Below are positions 48,475 to 62,175 of a stretch of 64,000 bases of DNA, piece by piece. Source of the stretch: Selaginella moellendorffii (lineage: Eukaryota; Plantae; Lycopodiophyta); assembly GCF_000143415.4 (NCBI RefSeq), contig NW_003314410.1, positions 1-64,000 on the forward strand. Direction: 5' to 3'. Each line of letters begins with the position of its first letter. Position 1 is the stretch's first letter. The notes beneath the pieces were generated by a model. The model saw only the letters and a program-made list of their open reading frames with translations, was not told the DNA's origin and ran no database searches. The position numbers and the translations under genes are program-made.

Positions 48475-49999
48475 ATGGCGGCCGTCACGTACCTGGAGCA
48501 GCAGAGCCGATTGGAGCCGGATCTTGCCGAGTGGTACAATGATCTGGCGCATCTATACCGGCACAAGCTCTGGCATCAGCTCACGCTCAAGCTCGAGAAA
48601 TTCTTCCAGCACCTCCGGGTAGGCAATCTCTCGCCCTCTCGCTCCCTCTCCGGAGATTTTGGTGAAAATCTGGTGATATTATGGTGGGTTGCTTGCAGGA
48701 TGGCAATGACATGATCAATCTCTACCACGAATTCATCACGGACTTCGAGTCCAAGATCAATCACCTCAAGCTCGCTCACTTCGCGGTGATCGTGTCGCAG
48801 CACTACGAGGAGAAGGAGGTAGCGATCTCCTACTTGGAGGGCGTGATTGGCAAGCTCCGGGCGACTGGCGACAGGCGCGTGGAGGAGCCCGTGCTGTACG
48901 TGAAGATGCAAATAGCCGCATTGAAGCTCCAGAAGGGGGAGCTAAAGGAATGCAAGGTGCTGCTGGATGAGGGCAAGAGCACACTCGAGAGCATGACCGA
49001 CGTTGATCCGTCGGTGCACGCCAGCGTCCATTGGGTGTCTTCACAGTACCACAAGTCCAAGCAAGAGTTCACTGGCTTCTATCGAAGCGCTCTTCTCTAC
49101 TTGGCTTACACGTCAGTGGAGAGCCTGTCGGATTCCTTCAAGCTGGTAAGATTCCCTCCACTTTTTCTTTCTGTCTTTATTTTTTTTGCTTGATTCTGGG
49201 CTAAAGCTCTTTCGCTATGGTTGTGTCTGTATGTAGGACCTGGCTTTCGACTTGTCCTTGGCAGCGCTCTTAGGAGATAACATTTACAACTTTGGAGAAC
49301 TTCTTGCGCACCCTATAGTAAGCAGCTGGTGTTTCTTTCTTGTCTTTTTTCCTCGTGTACTGAGAGGTTTTTGTTCTTCTATCCCAGGTAAACAGCCTTC
49401 AAGGCTCCTCTGTGGAGTGGCTGTACCACATTCTGATGGCGTTCAACACTGGCGATTTGGCAAAGTACCAAGTACTCTGCGAGAGATGGGCAGACGCTCT
49501 GTCCGCGCAACCGTCCCTCGTGGAGAACAAGAAGAAGCTGTGGGAGAAGATCAACATACTGTGCTTGATGGAAATCATCTTCAGGTAAGAGCAAAGCTTC
49601 TCACAGGAAGACAACCACATTTTCTTTCTCTCGCAGCCGCCCCTCCGACGAGAGGACCATCCCTCTGGCGCTCATCGCCGAGCGAACGACTCTACCGCTG
49701 GAAGAGGTGGAGCATCTCTTGATCAAGAGCCTATCGGTACTGTCTCAAAGTTTCTAGCATTAGAATCATGGCCGATGATCACGGATTCATTCACTCCCTT
49801 TTCTCGCTCGCAGGTCCATCTCATCGAAGGCATCATCGATCAGGTGGATGGAACCGTCCGTATCTCGTGGGTCCAACCGAGAGTTCTGGGAATCCCGCAG
49901 ATTGCAGCGTTGCGTGATCGACTCGACAATTGGTTGCTAAAGGTTCACTCGACGTTGTTAGCTGTGGAGTCTGAAATTCCAGACTTGGTCACAACTTAG
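48475..49999 (+). CDS. RPN9: 26S proteasome regulatory subunit RPN9 (PSMD13), multi-exon
   Basis: LYRHKLWHQLT, FESKIN.LKL, FYRSALLYL, AALLGDNIYNFGELLAHP, G.IDQVDG.V.ISWVQPRVL. Confidence 0.95.
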
Positions 50000-50172
50000 C
50001 TTGCGCCAAAATCTTCTCTTCTCCTTTTTTGTGTTGTGCCGAGAACAATTCATTTGACAAAAGAGAGTCGTTTCTTAGACGAATAAGGTATCCAATCGAA
50101 CGGCTAGGATTGTTCCCAGCGATACAAGAAACGTTATATAAGATTCGTTAAGCTGATCATTGGAGGGGGCGA

Positions 50173-51484
50173 ATGGCGTCTTGGAGCTCCAGCTCTTTGA
50201 GCGCGATCTATCAAATTCTTGGATGGTTTGCGTTTGCAGTGTGGTCGATCAGCTTCTACCCGCAAGTGTTGCTCAATTACCGGCGAAAGAGGTACGCATT
50301 GATAGCTGCCGCAAGAAAACTGTTCCAATTCTCGCTTCGTCCCCTTTGCGCTTTTCTCAAGCTAGTTTTTGATTGCTTGCAGCGTCGTAGGATTGAACTT
50401 CGATTTCCAGCTGCTCAACTTCACCAAGCATTCCTCGTATCTCATCTACAACGCCGCCGTCTTCTTCAGCCCTGTCGTTCAAAGGCAGTACCACGAGAAG
50501 TATGGTCGTGACGAGGTGCGTAATTGAGAGATGGACGAAGACCCCTGAATCCTTCTCCACGTTCCAGCTGATTCCAGTTGCTGCAAACGACGTTGCGTTC
50601 TCGATCCACGCCGTGCTCCTCGCAGGATTCACAATTGTGCAAATTTTCCTGTACGAGGTAACAAAGCAAGCTGAAGAGAAAGGTGACAAGCTTACTTTGG
50701 TGTCCCTTTTAGAGAGGAGGACAAAGGGTGTCCGAGGCTGGAGTTTTGGTGTCCCTGGGAGCTTGGCTAGCCGGATTGACCGGTCTCATCGTCGCATTTC
50801 CCAGCGGCCGCTGGCTATGGCTCGTCCAAGTTTTCAAGTAAGATCCAATTCTCTTAATCTGTTAGTTGCTTGAACACTCTTAATCTTGCGCAGCATCATA
50901 CAAATGGTGATGGCAGTGATCAAGTACATCCCTCAGGTAATAAAGCTGTGATCACATCACCCAAAGTGTCGAGATCGTTTTCATGCGATCAACAGGCTTG
51001 GATGAACTTCAGGAGGAAGAGCACCGTTGGCTGGAGCATAGCAACCATTCCCCTCGATTTGTCGGGGGGAATCGCCAACATTCTCCAGATGGCCGTGCAA
51101 TCCATCGACCAACGTAAGCCTCTCGAGTTTTGTGGCTTTAGAGATCTTGACTCTCCAATCGCACAGGCTCCACCATGAACTTCTCCGGGAACGTTGGCAA
51201 ACTGGGAATCTCGCTGGTATGTTTCTACGTCACTGCAATTCTAGTCTTCCACGTTCCCTGTATACACGTTTCTAATCTTCCACGTTCATACTCTTCCACG
51301 TTCCCTGTATTCTACGTAGGAATGCATCGCTTTCGACATTCTCTTCATCTTTCAGCACTACTTCCTCTACTACAAAGCTGACAAGGTCGATGAGCTTGAT
51401 GCCACTTACTACTACGAAGTCCTGGAGAACGACCCAGAGCAGGCCAAGACCGGCCAAGTCAATGATCAGATAAAAAAACCGTGA
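50173..51484 (+). CDS. Cystinosin homolog (PQ-loop transporter), copy 1
   Basis: [54 protein letters not shown]; intact splice sites. Confidence 0.85.
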
Positions 51485-51567
51485 CACAGAACATTTGTAT
51501 ATATATATGACCAGTCGGTTTTTACAAAAAGAGGGAGCAACGAAACCACGAGATTGGTGATAGTCGC

Positions 51568-51740
51568 TCACACCTTTCGGTGCTCCTTTGCCACTTCCTC
51601 ATCTGATAGAGGGTCGTAGCTCTGATCTTCCTGGAGCCGCTTCCGCTGGCTTGCCTTGCTGAAGAAGACGAGACACAGAATTAATCACTAAACTTCTCAT
51701 GAACCTATCTTTCACGGCCAGTGACTGGAAGTGTATGGAG
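51568..51740 (-). pseudogene. Decayed duplicate of the 3' end of the TOL gene
   Basis: Aligns to ~60819-61030 with several deletions. Confidence 0.85.
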
Positions 51741-52539
51741 CTCTACACTTTTGATTCCTTCTTTTTCTTTTTTTGTTTCTTTTTGTGCTTTAGTTGTTGC
51801 AGTGGTTGATGCCTCAACTACTCTGGCCCTTTTTTAATGACCTTTCACCTGATTTCAGTTTGTAAAGATATAATAATAATAATGCATGAATCTAGAAAAT
51901 ATTTTTAATTAAGAGTGTGAAAGTCCTCCATACTCTTTCCATCATAATTTTTAGTCTTCTTGATGATAGAGATAGAGCACTTAAAAGAACATCTTTTATT
52001 TATCATAGCCTTAGGTATGGTAAGCAATTTGTGATAGCAACTTTTGTCCCAAAAAAAAAAGTATATTTGGGGTGGGTGGCCTGGCAAAAAACTTATAGTA
52101 ACCTCCAAAATATATTTAAAAAAACACAGACGTGCTTAAACTATTATATGTGTTACTTGCAAAATAATATTTTAAACACAATATTTTTTTATGAATAAGT
52201 ATGCATTGGTGTTTGTAATGTATGTAAGGCAAAGTCCAAGTGCAATTTTTATGCTATGTAAATCTTTACATTAGTTCTTTTTTCTACACATTAATAAGGT
52301 TTAGACTTAAAGCTTGTAGACATAATATTTTCCAACAAGCAAGCTGGATTTTTTAGCACATTTTAAATATTGTGGACTAAGCTTGCCATTATTGTGTGCT
52401 TAGTTAACTAACTATTACAATGCCAAATAATTTAGCATATGATTAAGAATGTGAAAAATCCATTTAAGAACAGACAGTACAAAACAGTGTTAAAACTATT
52501 TCAAGCTATACAATCTAAACGTTATATGCCAAATTCACG

Positions 52540-53270
52540 AAACTATGCGATTACTTTCAAGGAGTGCTTGAGTTCTTTCTAATAAAGAAGAAAGTAGGGA
52601 CATAGATAGAGGTTTTGTGAAATTAGTGGCACTGAAGCAAAGCATGGCTTTGCATTGTTAGACAGCTCAAAGTAACAAAATTGGTAATGAGGACTTAAAG
52701 CTTGCAATAGCATTAGTGCTTGGCAATTGGGATGAAGAGTTCATGTAGAGATTTGCTACTATGGACTGAAGAGCAACTAGGTCATTTGTAAAGTTCGAAG
52801 AATAGTCCCATCTCAACAGGTTTTCAACTTGATGTTGTCAAATATCTTATAGCTTGGACAACACTTGTAGATAGATATAGCATTAAAGAGATATTGCTTC
52901 CTTGTTTGAAAGCTTTCATAACATACAAAATCTTAGCCTTCATCCCAATACATCAATGCTTGTAGCCATATAAAGCTTATGAAACAAGCAAAGTATGCAA
53001 TAGAGATGAAGTATAGGATCTATGTTAGGCATGAGCACTACCATGGAGTGATTAATCTCTTGGAACAAGTAAACCATTTAGATGAGGCAATGATGGTGTT
53101 AAAATCTATGCCTCTAGAGCCGAGATTTGTAACTTGAACTACCATTCTGAGTGCATATAAAAGGTGGAAAAATGTGAAGGTTTGAAAGATTGTTACAACA
53201 CTTTATTGATAAAAGTAATAAAGTTACATATATGCTTATAGCTAATTTATATGGAAATTAATATTTACAT
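52540..53270 (+). pseudogene. PLS-class (E-type) pentatricopeptide repeat pseudogene
   Basis: INACSH...HEHYHGVINLLEQVNHLDEAMMVLKSMPLEPRFVT*TTILSAYKRWKNV with stops and frameshifts. Confidence 0.8.
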
Positions 53271-56200
53271 GCTTGTTGAAGGAACACCATGACCAAGAAA
53301 GCACTAATTAGGCACTCTATTAATGTGTGATGCTATGACAAAACAAGAAACTCCCATTCAATATAGTGCTTTTTATCCTATTGCTCCACATATTATTCAT
53401 AAATTTCATCTTTATATGACATTGTAAAAGAAAAAGAAGAGTTGTGGAATATTTTTCTCACATAATATAAATGTGCATTACATACTTGCTTGCATAAAAC
53501 TTGCATTACATATTTACCTACGTAAACCCTCACTAGATTTGTGGTGGATGTGGCATCAATCTTATATGGCAGTATGAGGTGTCATGCCCCATGCATACAT
53601 GGCATAACCCATGACAAAAATATTATATACATAGTCATGTTTTAATTGTTTATAGAGCAATTGAAAAGTGATTGTGTGCATAATATTTTTGCATGCAACT
53701 CAAAACAAAGAAATAAATCCACGTGTGTAAATATATAATACTCCCATCTGTAATTACTTTTTTTTTTTTAATACCCAAGGCTCTAATAGAGCTAAAAATT
53801 TCTTCTTACTGATTTATAACTTGAATGTGATTTACATCCAAATGAATAATACTAATAACTTGATGGCAAAATTATGGCTAAAGTGCAACTATTAAGGATG
53901 TATGGAAAAAGAAAAGAAGAGTTTTGCTAAAGATTTGGTTATACTATAAATCATGGATCACACTTTGACACATTTTTAATAGTGATAGGATGTTTAATGT
54001 CTAGATCTACATTTAATTTTCTCTATTGTAAAATTTTATATAAGCTTAAGAAGTAGGTTCAAAAAACAATTAGATGTGGAGACGAAGTTTGCAATTGTTT
54101 TAACCTCGTATTAACTGGTTGCTACTAAGTTTGGAATTTGTTTTTGAGAAATTGTTGACTAAGTTATATATGAAATAATCATTGAAAAGCAAGTTACAAT
54201 CCCTTACTTTTGATCAAGTTTGAAGCATTATCTGCATGTGGTTAATAGCCATATAATTCTAAGAGCCTTTTCACACCAATATTTACCCTTAAATTCAGTT
54301 TTGACTGACACCATAAAAGGATAGTAAAAAATAATTACATTTTCCTAGCCTTATGTGGTTTTATCCTAATAAGCTTCAATTATATAATGTGACTTTCCAT
54401 CTCTGTTATTGGACTTGCCAGAACATTAACTTTTCCTAAAAAAATTAAATCTAGCCACATAAGTGTTAGATGGAGACAATTTCCTGGCATGGTGAGAACA
54501 TGCTCAATTCTATCTGATGTCATTACTAGCCTTTGGCCATTGACTAATGTCTGACTAGAAAAGGAAAAACCTTGATTAGGGTGATTGCCCTTCAGATTAT
54601 TAGACCTGGCTGCTCACTCTAACAGTTCTTGGATTGTTGTACATTGATGTCTCAAAATCTGCCATTATGCATGAAGGATGATTACTAAAACAGGCTGGGA
54701 ACTTGGAGTCTATTCCTCTTTCAGAGATGATGTAGTCTTGCTATGGAACGATCCTGGATGAATGTGAACCAAGTTATGGGAGCCCATGTGACAGAAGATG
54801 TATATCATCATTTGGCATGATGAATTTTACAAGAGCTTGGAGAACCAGTTTAGAAATTCATCACTTGGATGTAAAGGAAGGCTCTAGATAAATTAAAATT
54901 CAACACAGTCTTACATGCAATATGCTTTTACTTGTGGCCTCCTAGCAAGCAAGAGACCCACACTCAACAACATTTTATGACAGAGCTGGTCCAATATGAG
55001 AAATCACTAGTTTGTTGTGAAGGCTAGATTACCAGCATTTCTATGGTGACACAAGGATCAAAGTCGTGCCATTATTTTCTTTAGTGTCTAGGTTCGAAGT
55101 AGTTATCATCTCAAGAGCATGGTGGTGACAATATTAATGCAAGAAAGGTGAGTGGTGTGACTTCAACTTGCAGTGTGGCACTTGTCAACAAGAAGGGACC
55201 CAGTTAAACAACGATGAAATGAAGCTTGAAGGCAAGACCTCTAGTAGTCCTAAAAGGGGCAATGCCAACCGGATGACAATCACAACTTTGATGGAGCCAC
55301 CAGTATGGCATGGATGACATGTTTAGTGGACATCCTGAGTACACTACACACCTTGTGGTTGTTGTAAGGGAGCTCTTTGTGACACTCTAGCCCTTCTCTA
55401 GTGATGACATGATCCATTATTTCTTGGCACTAGATCAATTCATATTCAGCATCCAAATGGCAAAGATATGATGATTTATGATGTCTAGCTAAACACTTCA
55501 TTTCAATTGGCTAGATGGTAGAACATTAGTTTTTGCTACTCTTATTGAGCAATGGATACTAGTCAACGAAGGTTGGCAGGCTTTTAGATTGGATTGCTGG
55601 AGCTAAGACAAACATATATATACATTCCCCATGTCCCAATGGGACTAATATAAAAAATTGGGCAGACAAGTTATTCTATGTGATCCTCTGGTGTCTTAAT
55701 TGGACCTATTTTTGGAGTAGAAGTGGATGTAGTTGTTTCCATTGGATCGTGTTAATGTCCATGTCTCCCCTTGAGCCGAGCGTAGAAGAAAGTCGGGGGG
55801 TGCCACTACCAATGGATCTCGCCATCTAACATTCTACTAAGACATGGGAGCCATCTACTCATCCACTCTTCAAGTTGACTCAGTTTTGCCTGCTCTTTTA
55901 GGATGATGTAATGAAGATGTATTGCTGCAAGAGTGAGTCTCCACTATGATGCCACCATCTCAAATATCCTCACTTGTTGTTCATCGAAGTGACAGTGGTT
56001 CCATGCCTCCTAAAGTGCTTGTACACCTGTGGCTCTCTAGATAGATTAACACTTGTGCCCATTGCCTCCTATATGGACATACCAACTTCAACCCCTGTCA
56101 TGTCCCACTAGACTTGCATGCTCCATCCATGTCAGCCTCAATGCTGAATATGTCTCCATGCCGAACCAGTGGCCAAACCTTAAGCTCCTTCAAACCAATA

Positions 56201-57399
56201 GAGAATATCCCACTCTGAGTTCCAAACTTTGGGACATCTCCTAATTCCTGTGACACTTTGAGAATCTGACGCCATACCTCTCTTGTCACATTACAATCTT
56301 ATAGAACGTGTTGTATCATCTTTAGTTTGCCACACTCCTTGCATCATTGGCATACTTCCTCCTAGAACTACTGGCCCATTGGCAGCCCATTGTTTGCCAC
56401 CAACCAAAAGGTGGCTTTGACATTCTTTTATACCAATAGTTTCTAGAAAGCAAGTGTATTGTCCACAACTTAGTTCACCTCAACTCCTTGCCCGATCCAC
56501 CTCCTCCAAAGCTTAGGGATCTCCCCACAAGCTTCCTCCCTACTTGTCAAGAAGCCATCCTTGTGCTTCCTTGACTTTAAATGAGAAGAAGTTCCTCACA
56601 CCATATTTCCATGTTGTAGGATTGAATTTAGATCTTCAATGAGCTACTGTCACCACCAACTAAGAGTGCCATCCCCCTCAAATGTGGCCTTTGATTGAAC
56701 CATTACCAATTGTTTTGGGGCCTACTGTACTACTTGAATCCTACCCTTCATCATTTGTCACCATTGGCATGGCCTATTTGTCCCCATCTGGCAACAACAT
56801 GTCACCTCTCACAACACGAAAGGGATGACCTACATTCTGTTTGAGAGATACTACAAACCATACCTCCACATCTCCATCGTCCCATGCTGGTGTAGGGGCT
56901 GTGAACACCTGTGTCCGGGCTCCTAGTCTAACTTACTCCCTGTCCAATTTAGCATCGCATTGCAATGTTACAAAATCTCTAAATTCGAGGCCTTAATTGG
57001 GCCAGAGCTGCCCCCTCTTTACTTCAGTCACTAAGTTGATGATGTGAAGAAGGTCTAGATGAACCTTCCTCGACCGCTTTAGGCTGAAGACTTGCATGCA
57101 CCTCATTGTCTTCCTCACATCCTTGTCTAGCACTCCCATCAGTTGCTTGAGAGTTTGAAAAGCCTCCTCTATGCAGCTTCTTCCATATTGTGTAGTGTTC
57201 CTCTTTACCTAGTGTCGTGTTGTCAACTTTGAAGAGATCATTGAAGAAAAGAGGTTGGTTCAGCTAGTCCTTGGCTTGCCCTAGTAGCTCTCAACTGACT
57301 AGAACTCATACCATAGCCTAAGAATCCTTTGGACCAGCATGCCTCCCTTGACTATTTACTTTGGCCCTTTAGCAAATAACCAATGTGGATCTTCCACCC

Positions 57400-57860
57400 A
57401 TGGTCTCGCAAGGGTTAGATTGCAAACAAATTTTGGCTGAACATAAGTTTCCATAGTTGGTTACTTGTTTAGAGGCCCAATAAGAGAATCTTATATTATA
57501 GTGCCTTTGCAATGTCGCTCGGGTCAATAATTCCAAGTCCTCCTAACACTCTTGGGCATGCTATGCACTACCACACAACCTTTGCCATGATTCACTCTGT
57601 GACAAGTGCACTCTACAACATATACTTATGTACCATTGAGCATACCTTTTTAAGAGTGTGTTCAAGTATTGGCCAAATCGAGATGTGGTACCAAATATTG
57701 GGCAAAATGACACTTTTGGCCACAACTGTTCTCGCTGGCAAACCAAGTTTCCTAGGAGCCCATTTCTATATTGATGTTCATATCCTCTAGAACAAAGTAT
57801 CATCCTGAAGTGTTGCATTGAATCTCGTTCCAACCTAAATCCCCAATGTATCTAATGTCT
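57400..57860 (-). mobile_element. L1-type LINE ORF2 remnant
   Basis: Minus-strand KWAPRKLGLPARTVVAKSVILPNIWY and AKVVW*CIACPRVLGGLGIIDP..AKAL, typical of the region downstream of the LINE RT. Confidence 0.7.
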
Positions 57861-57959
57861 TCCCTTGGTTTGAGCCACTAGAAGCCAATATCTTGACCCC
57901 AAGACTCGATGCCTAGATTGCTAGAGCTAAGACACCAAGGGGGAGCAATAGATATTTGG

Positions 57960-59225
57960 CTTGGCACATTTATTCAGATGGCTTAAATGATGTTTGTTCA
58001 TGTCAAAAAAAAAGGTTTTTATTGATGACACTATCAAGCCTGATGGGGTGGGGAATACACTTCTAGAGCTTTTGCAGTGTTATGTGAGGAAGTAGGAATC
58101 CAGAGATAAGTCACAGTCTCGTATACTCCTTGGATGAACGGGGTAGGCTTCAACTGCTATGACAGCTATGACTCATCTCTCCTACCAAGCTTTTGGGATT
58201 GTACTGTGGTTACAGACGTGTATGTCCTAAATAAGATGTTAACCATAGTACTTGAACAGGCATGGGGAAATAACTTCGTAGATTTGGCTGCTTGGCATTG
58301 CTCATATCCCAGACGAGAGGCATAAGTTGGATGTGAAGTCCAGTGTCTTCATCAGCTATGATGACATTTATAAAACTTATCAATTGCTGGACTTGGATTG
58401 CTGGATTGAGCTGGTTAGCATACATGTGGTGTTTCATGAGAATCACATGTACTCTCAACTTCACAACAAAGCTGTGTTACCTCCAGCTAGAGAACCTCCA
58501 GGCATTCCAGCATCTATGCCTCTGACTCCTTGGAAGGATGAAGACAAAGAGTTTCTAGTTTTTGCAGGTGTCTCTTCAGCAGAATTCTCGTGGTGCTTCA
58601 ACTTCAGGGTAGAGTATTCAGCTACTGACTCTTCAGGGGAGAGCATACAATCAACAACTTCTTCACTCAGAGTGCCCCTAAACATTCTCCCAGCTAAAAG
58701 TGGATGGTGATTTACAACGAGCTAGCTGTGGTGCATCCAGCTCCAGTGATACTAGATCCTCCTGCTCCTGAGCGTGTTAGGTGTTCCTGGTTTTATATAT
58801 ATCCAGGGGAACAGAGTATTATCAAGAGCTTGTTGAGAAGACACAGATACGAGTTTTAATCCTCGTCAAGCCATGTTTACTGCTGCTTCCTTCCACAATC
58901 CTTGAAGCTAAGACGTCTCCTCAAGCAGCATAATGGCTGGCAGTAGCCTGGCAGCTGTTAATCAAGCTCATCACAATCACCACAATCAGACATGGTTTCG
59001 TCCACATCATGTGGTATCCTTGAAGCTGATCTTGTGCATGAAGATGGGTCCAGGTGGTGAGGTCGTGCGTTTCAAAGCGAGACTGGTCACTAGAGGCTTC
59101 ACACAAATTGAGGGCATGGAGTTTACTCACTCTAGTAGTTACAGTGGCATCAAACAGGCTTTTGCTAGGTTCTAAGCATATGGACGTGAAGACAGCCTTC
59201 TTTAATGGCGAACCTCAAGAGGATC
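57960..59225 (+). mobile_element. Ty1/copia pol remnant (integrase C-terminus and RT fragments)
   Basis: LPSFW...VYVLN, LDVKSSVFISY...Y.LLD...VSIHVVFHE, GEVVRFKARLVTRGFTQIEG, HMDVKTAFFNG. Confidence 0.85.
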
Positions 59226-59461
59226 CAAGGTACATATCCCTCACAACAAACTTGCAAACTTGTTTGCATAGTCTCATGCTTTGTTAGATCTGTTGGTACG
59301 AGCAGCCATCATTCAAATGTGTAGTGAAATTTTCAAACAGATTAATGCCAATTCATTTCAGATTATCGAACGGCTAGGATTGTCCCCCTGGGTTTTGGGC
59401 CAGGTACAAGGAACCTCGGGGGTGTACATAAAGTTGATTAGGGGTTTTCGAGGGAGAAAGA

Positions 59462-60717
59462 ATGGCGTCTTGGCATTCCAGCGCCTTGGCCGTGATCTAT
59501 CAAATTCTCGGATGGTTTGCATTCACGGTGTGGTCGATCAGCTTCTATCCGCAAGTGCTGCTCAATTTCCGGCGAAAGAGGTACGCATTCGATCGCGGGA
59601 AGAATACTTCCTCGCTCCCTCAGGCCCTTTGCGTTTTTTTGCTTTCTTTTCTCGAGCTAGTTTTCGATTGCTTGCAGCGTCGTGGGGCTCAACTTCGATT
59701 TCCTGTTGCTCAACTTCACCAAGCATTCCTCGTATCTCATCTACAACGCCGCCGTCTTCTTCAGCCCTGTCGTCCAAAGGCAGTACCACGACAAGTATGG
59801 CGCTGATGAGGTGCGTAATTGAGCGACAGACGAAGAACGCTGAATCCTTTTTTCACCTTCCAGATGATTCCAGTTGCTCCAAACGACATTGCTTTCTCGA
59901 TCCATGCCGTGCTCCTCACAGGATTCACTATCCTGCAAGTTTTCCTGTATGAGGTAAGAAAGAAGAAGAAGGTGACAAGCTTACGTTTGTGTCGCTTTAG
60001 AGAGGAGGACAAAGGGTGTCCAAGGCCGGAGCTTTGGTGTCCCTGGGAGCTTGGCTAGCCGGATTGATCTGTCTCATCGTAGCATTTCCCAGCGGCCGCT
60101 GGCTATGGCTCGTCCAAGTTTTCAAGTAAGATCCAATCTCTTTCTGTGAACAGTCTTGGCATGAAAAATCCTTGCGCAGCATCATACAACTGGTGATGAC
60201 AGCGATCAAGTACATCCCTCAGGTAAACTTCCCTGCAAATCACATCACCCAGAGTGTTAACGACACCGTTTTCATGCGATTAAAACTCAGGCTTGGATGA
60301 ACTTCAGGAGGAAGAGCACTGTTGGCTGGAGCATAGGAAACATTCTCCTGGACTTGTCGGGTGGAATCGCCAACATTCTCCAGATGGCGGTGCAATCCAT
60401 CGACCAACGTAAGCCTTTCGAGTTTTCGTTTTCGGTTAAAGATCTAACTCTCCTATCGCACAGACTCCACCGAGAACTTCTCCGGGAACGTTGGCAAACT
60501 GGGACTCTCGCTGGTATGTTTGCTCTTGTTACTGTGATTCTAATCTTCGCGTTCTCTGTAGGAAAGCATCGCCTTCGACATTCTCTTCGTCTTCCAGCAC
60601 TACTTCCTCTACTACGAAGCTGACAAGGTCGAGGAGGTTGCCGCTAACACCTACGAAGCCCTGGAGAACGATCCAGAGCAGGCCAAGACCAGCGAAGAGC
60701 ATCCCAAAAATCCGTGA
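59462..60717 (+). CDS. Cystinosin homolog, copy 2
   Basis: Same exon structure as copy 1; retains [14 protein letters not shown]. Confidence 0.9.
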
Positions 60718-60818
60718 GAAAGAATGGCTGCAAAGTCTCTTTAGCGGCGATTGTATATATGATCGTTCGGTTCCTACAAAAAGAGGGAGCAATATGAAAC
60801 CACGATGATAATCTTTCA

Positions 60819-62012
60819 TCACACCTTTCGGTGCGCCTTTGCCACTTCCTCTTCTTCGTCGAGATCTGATAGCGGGTCATAGCTCTGATCTTCCTGGACG
60901 AAGGCTGTCACGAGAGCCGGTTCCGCTGGCTTGCTTTGCTGCGACGAAGAGGACGAGACACAGAACTCGCTAAACTTCTCAAGAACCTGGTCTAGCTCGT
61001 CGTTCACGGCCAGTGCCTGGAAGAGTATGGGGTCGCCCTCGCCAGCTCTTTGAGCTACTTGCTGCACTCTACGCTGCGCTTGCTTGCATTGCTCGACCAA
61101 AGACATGGTAAGCTCGTCCTGGAACATCCAGGAGAAGGCATAATATAAAAACCAAACGAAAAGGCTTTGGAAACACTCACTTTGGAAACATCCTGGTGCT
61201 GATCGGAGGATGTTAGTACGTTTGAGAGAACTTCGACGCTGTTCTTGGCAACGTCCAAAGTGGCACTGTCCGAAAGACGTCCCATGTCGATCACGCTAGC
61301 CCCGGAGAAACCACTCGCGCTATTTGGCAGAGAAGGAGCCGAAGGTGACGATTTGGGCGTAAAGATGGGAGACAAGCTCGAAGGGTCGCGGCCAGGAAAT
61401 CTCACTCCCCGTGCTCTCATGCTCTGGAAAAGAAGTCAAAACTAAGCAACCGAGCTCTAGAAAATAAAAGCTCTTTCCGTCTCTTACCTTGTAAGTCTCC
61501 TCGTAGACGGGCAAGTAGCCAAGCTCCTCGGTAGCCTCCCCCCAGGCCTCGATCATCGCCAGCGCCTTGTCCCGGCAGCGCGGCCAGGCCTGTGGATCCT
61601 CGGCCATCCTCACCATGTCGTCCAGAATCCTCTCCGACGCAATCTCCGAGAACATCTTCTCGTGGTTCTTGACGCACGCCTCCAGCAGCGCCAGCGCCAG
61701 CAGCTGAACGCCCGCATTCTTGTTCGCGATCCTCTTCTTGATCCCGCGCGCTACGTCCTGCCCGGAGACCCGGCCATCGCCGAGCATGTCGCAGATTTCC
61801 ATGAACCTCCCCCAGTCCGGCGATCGCAGGTTCGCGGCCGTCGCCTCCTCGATCATCCGCTCGCTCGGCGATGGCGGCTGGAACAGCTCCTTGACCCTAC
61901 CTCCCACCACGGTCATCCGCGCCGAGACCTTGCGGCCGACCTCGGCGCCGCCGATCTTGAGCTTGCTCCCCATCGCAGTGAATCGCTCCTTGAGATTCTC
62001 GGGGATTTCCAT
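60819..62012 (-). CDS. TOL: TOM1-like (VHS-GAT) protein, 3 exons
   Basis: IEEATAANLRSPDW...ICD, IKKRI..KN..VQLLAL.LLEACVKN, RARGVRFP, GAT domain LVEQCKQ...LFQALAVNDEL. Confidence 0.9.
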
Positions 62013-62175
62013 AGCTCTCGCCCGCCAAGCGCACAAGAAGAAAAAACAATATTACTCACTGGTCTTTGCCCTCATTCAAACAACGGTATATTCCTGCACT
62101 GACGGCAGATTCTTGTAACAGAATATTCTATAAGCTAAGCAAGTTTTACTATACACGTTGGAAGATCTTCCTGTT

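Noticed and set aside
54300-57350. Possible RT/RNase H or gag remnants
   Set aside because: Too decayed to assign; only weak hints such as LYIDVS.
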